This document shows, in pieces, positions 6,889 through 8,966 of a DNA stretch of 8,966 nucleotides (its first letter is position 1; every line of letters starts with the position of its first letter). Both the position numbers and the translations under genes were made by a program. Below the pieces are notes generated by a model. That model made no database searches. It was not told the DNA's origin and saw only the letters and a program-made list of their open reading frames with translations. The DNA is taken from contig JBHGNT010001403.1 of NCBI GenBank assembly GCA_043228905.1, forward strand, positions 1-8,966, in the 5' to 3' direction. The stretch is from Azolla caroliniana. Lineage: Eukaryota > Plantae > Polypodiophyta.

Positions 6889-7722
6889 ACGGAACAATCC
6901 TCAACTCTTGCCAACATTCTCAACACACATAAACTTTCATTAGTAAAGTTATCAAAGAAAAATTATCGCATTTCGAGTGCTCAACTCGAATTCTTATTTC
7001 AACACTACAAACTTTGGGATGTAGTGTCAGGATTATTAACAAAACCTAATGTCGCCGGACTTGATCAAGGTATTCGGGAAGAGAAGGACCTTGTGGCAAA
7101 GATGGATATATTAGCGCATATATCAAATGTTCAAGGAGAAGCGGTCAAAAAGCTGCAAACTTTGCATCAAATTTGGGAGAAATTAAAGACATAATACGAA
7201 CCAAAGACCGATGTAGCACAAGTGCACACACTACATGCATATGTCACATTTACAATGAAAGAAGAAGATGATGTCGATAATTTTCTAACCACTTGGGAAA
7301 AGAAATTGGATGATACAATTACATCATGCTTGGACATCTCCGACAAACTACAAAGATGTTTATTATTAGGTGCTTTACCCTCTTCTTGGTCATCTTTTGT
7401 GACTACACAAAATTTAAATAAACAAGCTACTATGGAAGATATCATGGGAGACATAAGATGAGAAGACTCAATGAGACAGACAAAAGAAGGAAACACATCA
7501 ACACAAGCAATCAATATGGCAGCCTATCAACCTCATTACAAACCACAACCAAGACACAAGGGTTTCAAGAGTTAGAGGACTAATGGAAGAATGATGTTCA
7601 CCAAGTCTTATTGCAACATTTGCAAAAAACCAGGTCACACACCATAAGAATGTAAAGCAAAACAAAAGATTCGAAGATTTCCGAGCAACATTCGTCGACC
7701 ACAAGTACATATTGTAGAAGAA
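6889..7722 (+). pseudogene. gag: Copia gag pseudogene (gag N-terminal motif, UBN2/Retrotran_gag_2-like domain, zinc knuckle)
   Basis: One frame reads KLSKKNYRISSAQLEFLFQHYKLWDVVSG...IWEKLKT*YE...MKEEDDVDNF...LLLGALPSSWSSFVT...CNICKKPGHTP*EC (CX2CX4HX4C, 7612-7653)...QVHIVEE. Stops are at 7192, 7459, 7573 and 7645. ACG at 6889 may be a mutated ATG. Confidence 0.9.
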
Positions 7723-7730
7723 TTAGAGGG

Positions 7731-8830
7731 AGAGCAGCCATGGATGAAGAGATGACAACCTTATTAAAGAATAAAACTTGGAGCCTTGTCGATCCACCAC
7801 CTGATCGACAAATTGTTAGTTGTAATTGGGTTCTTCGGAAGAAGACTGATGATAGAGGAAATATTATACGTTTCAAAGCTCGTCTCGTAACTCGTGATTT
7901 TTCACAAATACTTGGAATCGACTTCAAAGATACATTTAGCCCTACATTACGAAGTATCACATTTCGCATATTCGTCTCTCTCACTGTCGAACTTGATTTG
8001 GAACTCCATCACTTAGATGTTCAAATAGCTTTACTTCATGGATAACTTGAAGAAGAGATCTATATGCAACAACCACCGCATTTTCAAGATTCAACTCGAC
8101 CAAATGTTGTATGTCGCCTACATCGATCCTTACACAATCTACGAAAATCTCCATGAGTTTGGTATAATCGATTTCATAATTTTCTAACTAACAATGGTTA
8201 TAAACGATTAACGAATGACCCAAATGTATACATTAAAAGACATAGAATAATTTTATCATAATTGGTGTTTATGTCGATGACTTACCTCTACTTGCCAACT
8301 CACTGGCGTATCTACAACTTTTGAAGAAGGACCTTCAACAAGCTTTTCCAATAACTGACCTTGGTCGAATGAAGTACTTCCTTGGAATGAACCTACAAAG
8401 AGATCGTGCCAAAGGAACCATTTCTCTTTCCCAAACTCAATACATTGAAACTGTATTAAAATGTTTTGGCATGCTACATTGCAAGCCTATGTCTACACCC
8501 ATGTCAACCCCATGCAAATTATCAATTGAAGATGCTCCTAGAATTATCAAAGAATGCGATAAAATGCTCAATGTTCCTTACAAGAAAATTCTTGGATGTA
8601 TATGTTGCCTTGTTAGTTGTAGACGTCCCGATTTATGTTTCATTGTGGGAATTCTTTTCAAGATTTATGCAAGATCCCGGACCGAAACATTGGCAAGCAT
8701 TAAAATGACTACCACATTACCTAAAACGAACAAGAGATATGGTGTTAACTTACTCCAGATTGCAATGAGAGTCCATCAACATGAATCTAGAAGGATGAAC
8801 CAATCCATCACAATTGTCTGGTCGAACGGC
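7731..8830 (+). pseudogene. pol: Copia reverse transcriptase pseudogene (RVT_2) and tether
   Basis: AAMDEEMTTLLKNKTWSLV, IVSCNWVLRKK, RFKARLV, GIDFKDTFSP, HHLDVQIALLHG*LEEEIYMQQP, SLHNLRKSP*VWY, DPNVY, GVYVDDL (YVDD at 8270-8281), DLGRMKYFLGM, SLSQTQYI, RPDLCFIVG, SRFMQDP..KHWQALK*. Stops at 8043, 8154 and 8706; frameshifts near 8250 and 8655. Confidence 0.95.
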
Positions 8831-8831
8831 C

Positions 8832-8966
8832 TCTGATTGGGGGGGGGAGATATTGATGGTCGTAAGTCAACAAGTGCTTCGTATATTGTCTCGCCAGAGC
8901 CGCTATAACATGGAGGTCTAAGAATCAAACAATGGTAACACTATCTTCGACGGAAGCCGAACATGT
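8832..8966 (+). pseudogene. pol: Ty1/copia RNase H N-terminal part (frameshifted, truncated by the window end)
   Basis: SDWGG / DIDGRKSTS / AITWRSKNQTMVTLSSTEAEH match the canonical DSDWAGDxDxRKSTSG and AISWxSKKQxxVALSSTEAEY motifs. A G9 run at 8839-8847 shifts the frame. Confidence 0.92.

Larger units (their letters stand above)
6526..8966 (+). mobile_element. Degenerate, internally deleted Ty1/copia LTR retrotransposon (runs off the window)
   Basis: Putative 5' LTR, PBS-like sequence, copia gag with CCHC knuckle, copia-type RT (RVT_2) and the start of Ty1-type RNase H, all on the + strand with multiple stops and frameshifts. Confidence 0.95.

Noticed and set aside
7167-7984. Minus-strand ORFs 7167-7514, 7498-7710 and 7598-7984
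   Set aside because: Antisense shadows of copia gag and RT.

Overview
AT-rich plant nuclear DNA; the lineage cannot be determined from the sequence. Left: a ~333-bp tandem duplication carrying a variable (CATA)n, then a motif- and microsatellite-rich upstream region and an intact, apparently intronless DUF247/UPF0481-family gene (1251-2672, +) with a C-terminal transmembrane helix. Middle: non-coding DNA with a nested tandem duplication (4420-5823; two copies of a ~487-bp unit, each with its own internal duplication). Right: a degraded second DUF247 paralog (6151-6525) cut off where a Ty1/copia LTR retrotransposon begins (6526 to window end). The element is dead (stops and frameshifts) and internally deleted: the gag zinc knuckle is followed almost directly by RT-RNase H, with no protease or integrase. 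I cannot support a genuinely new biological system. The best leads are the divergent DUF247 tandem pair, the chimeric 5' part of the paralog, and the PR/IN-less copia.
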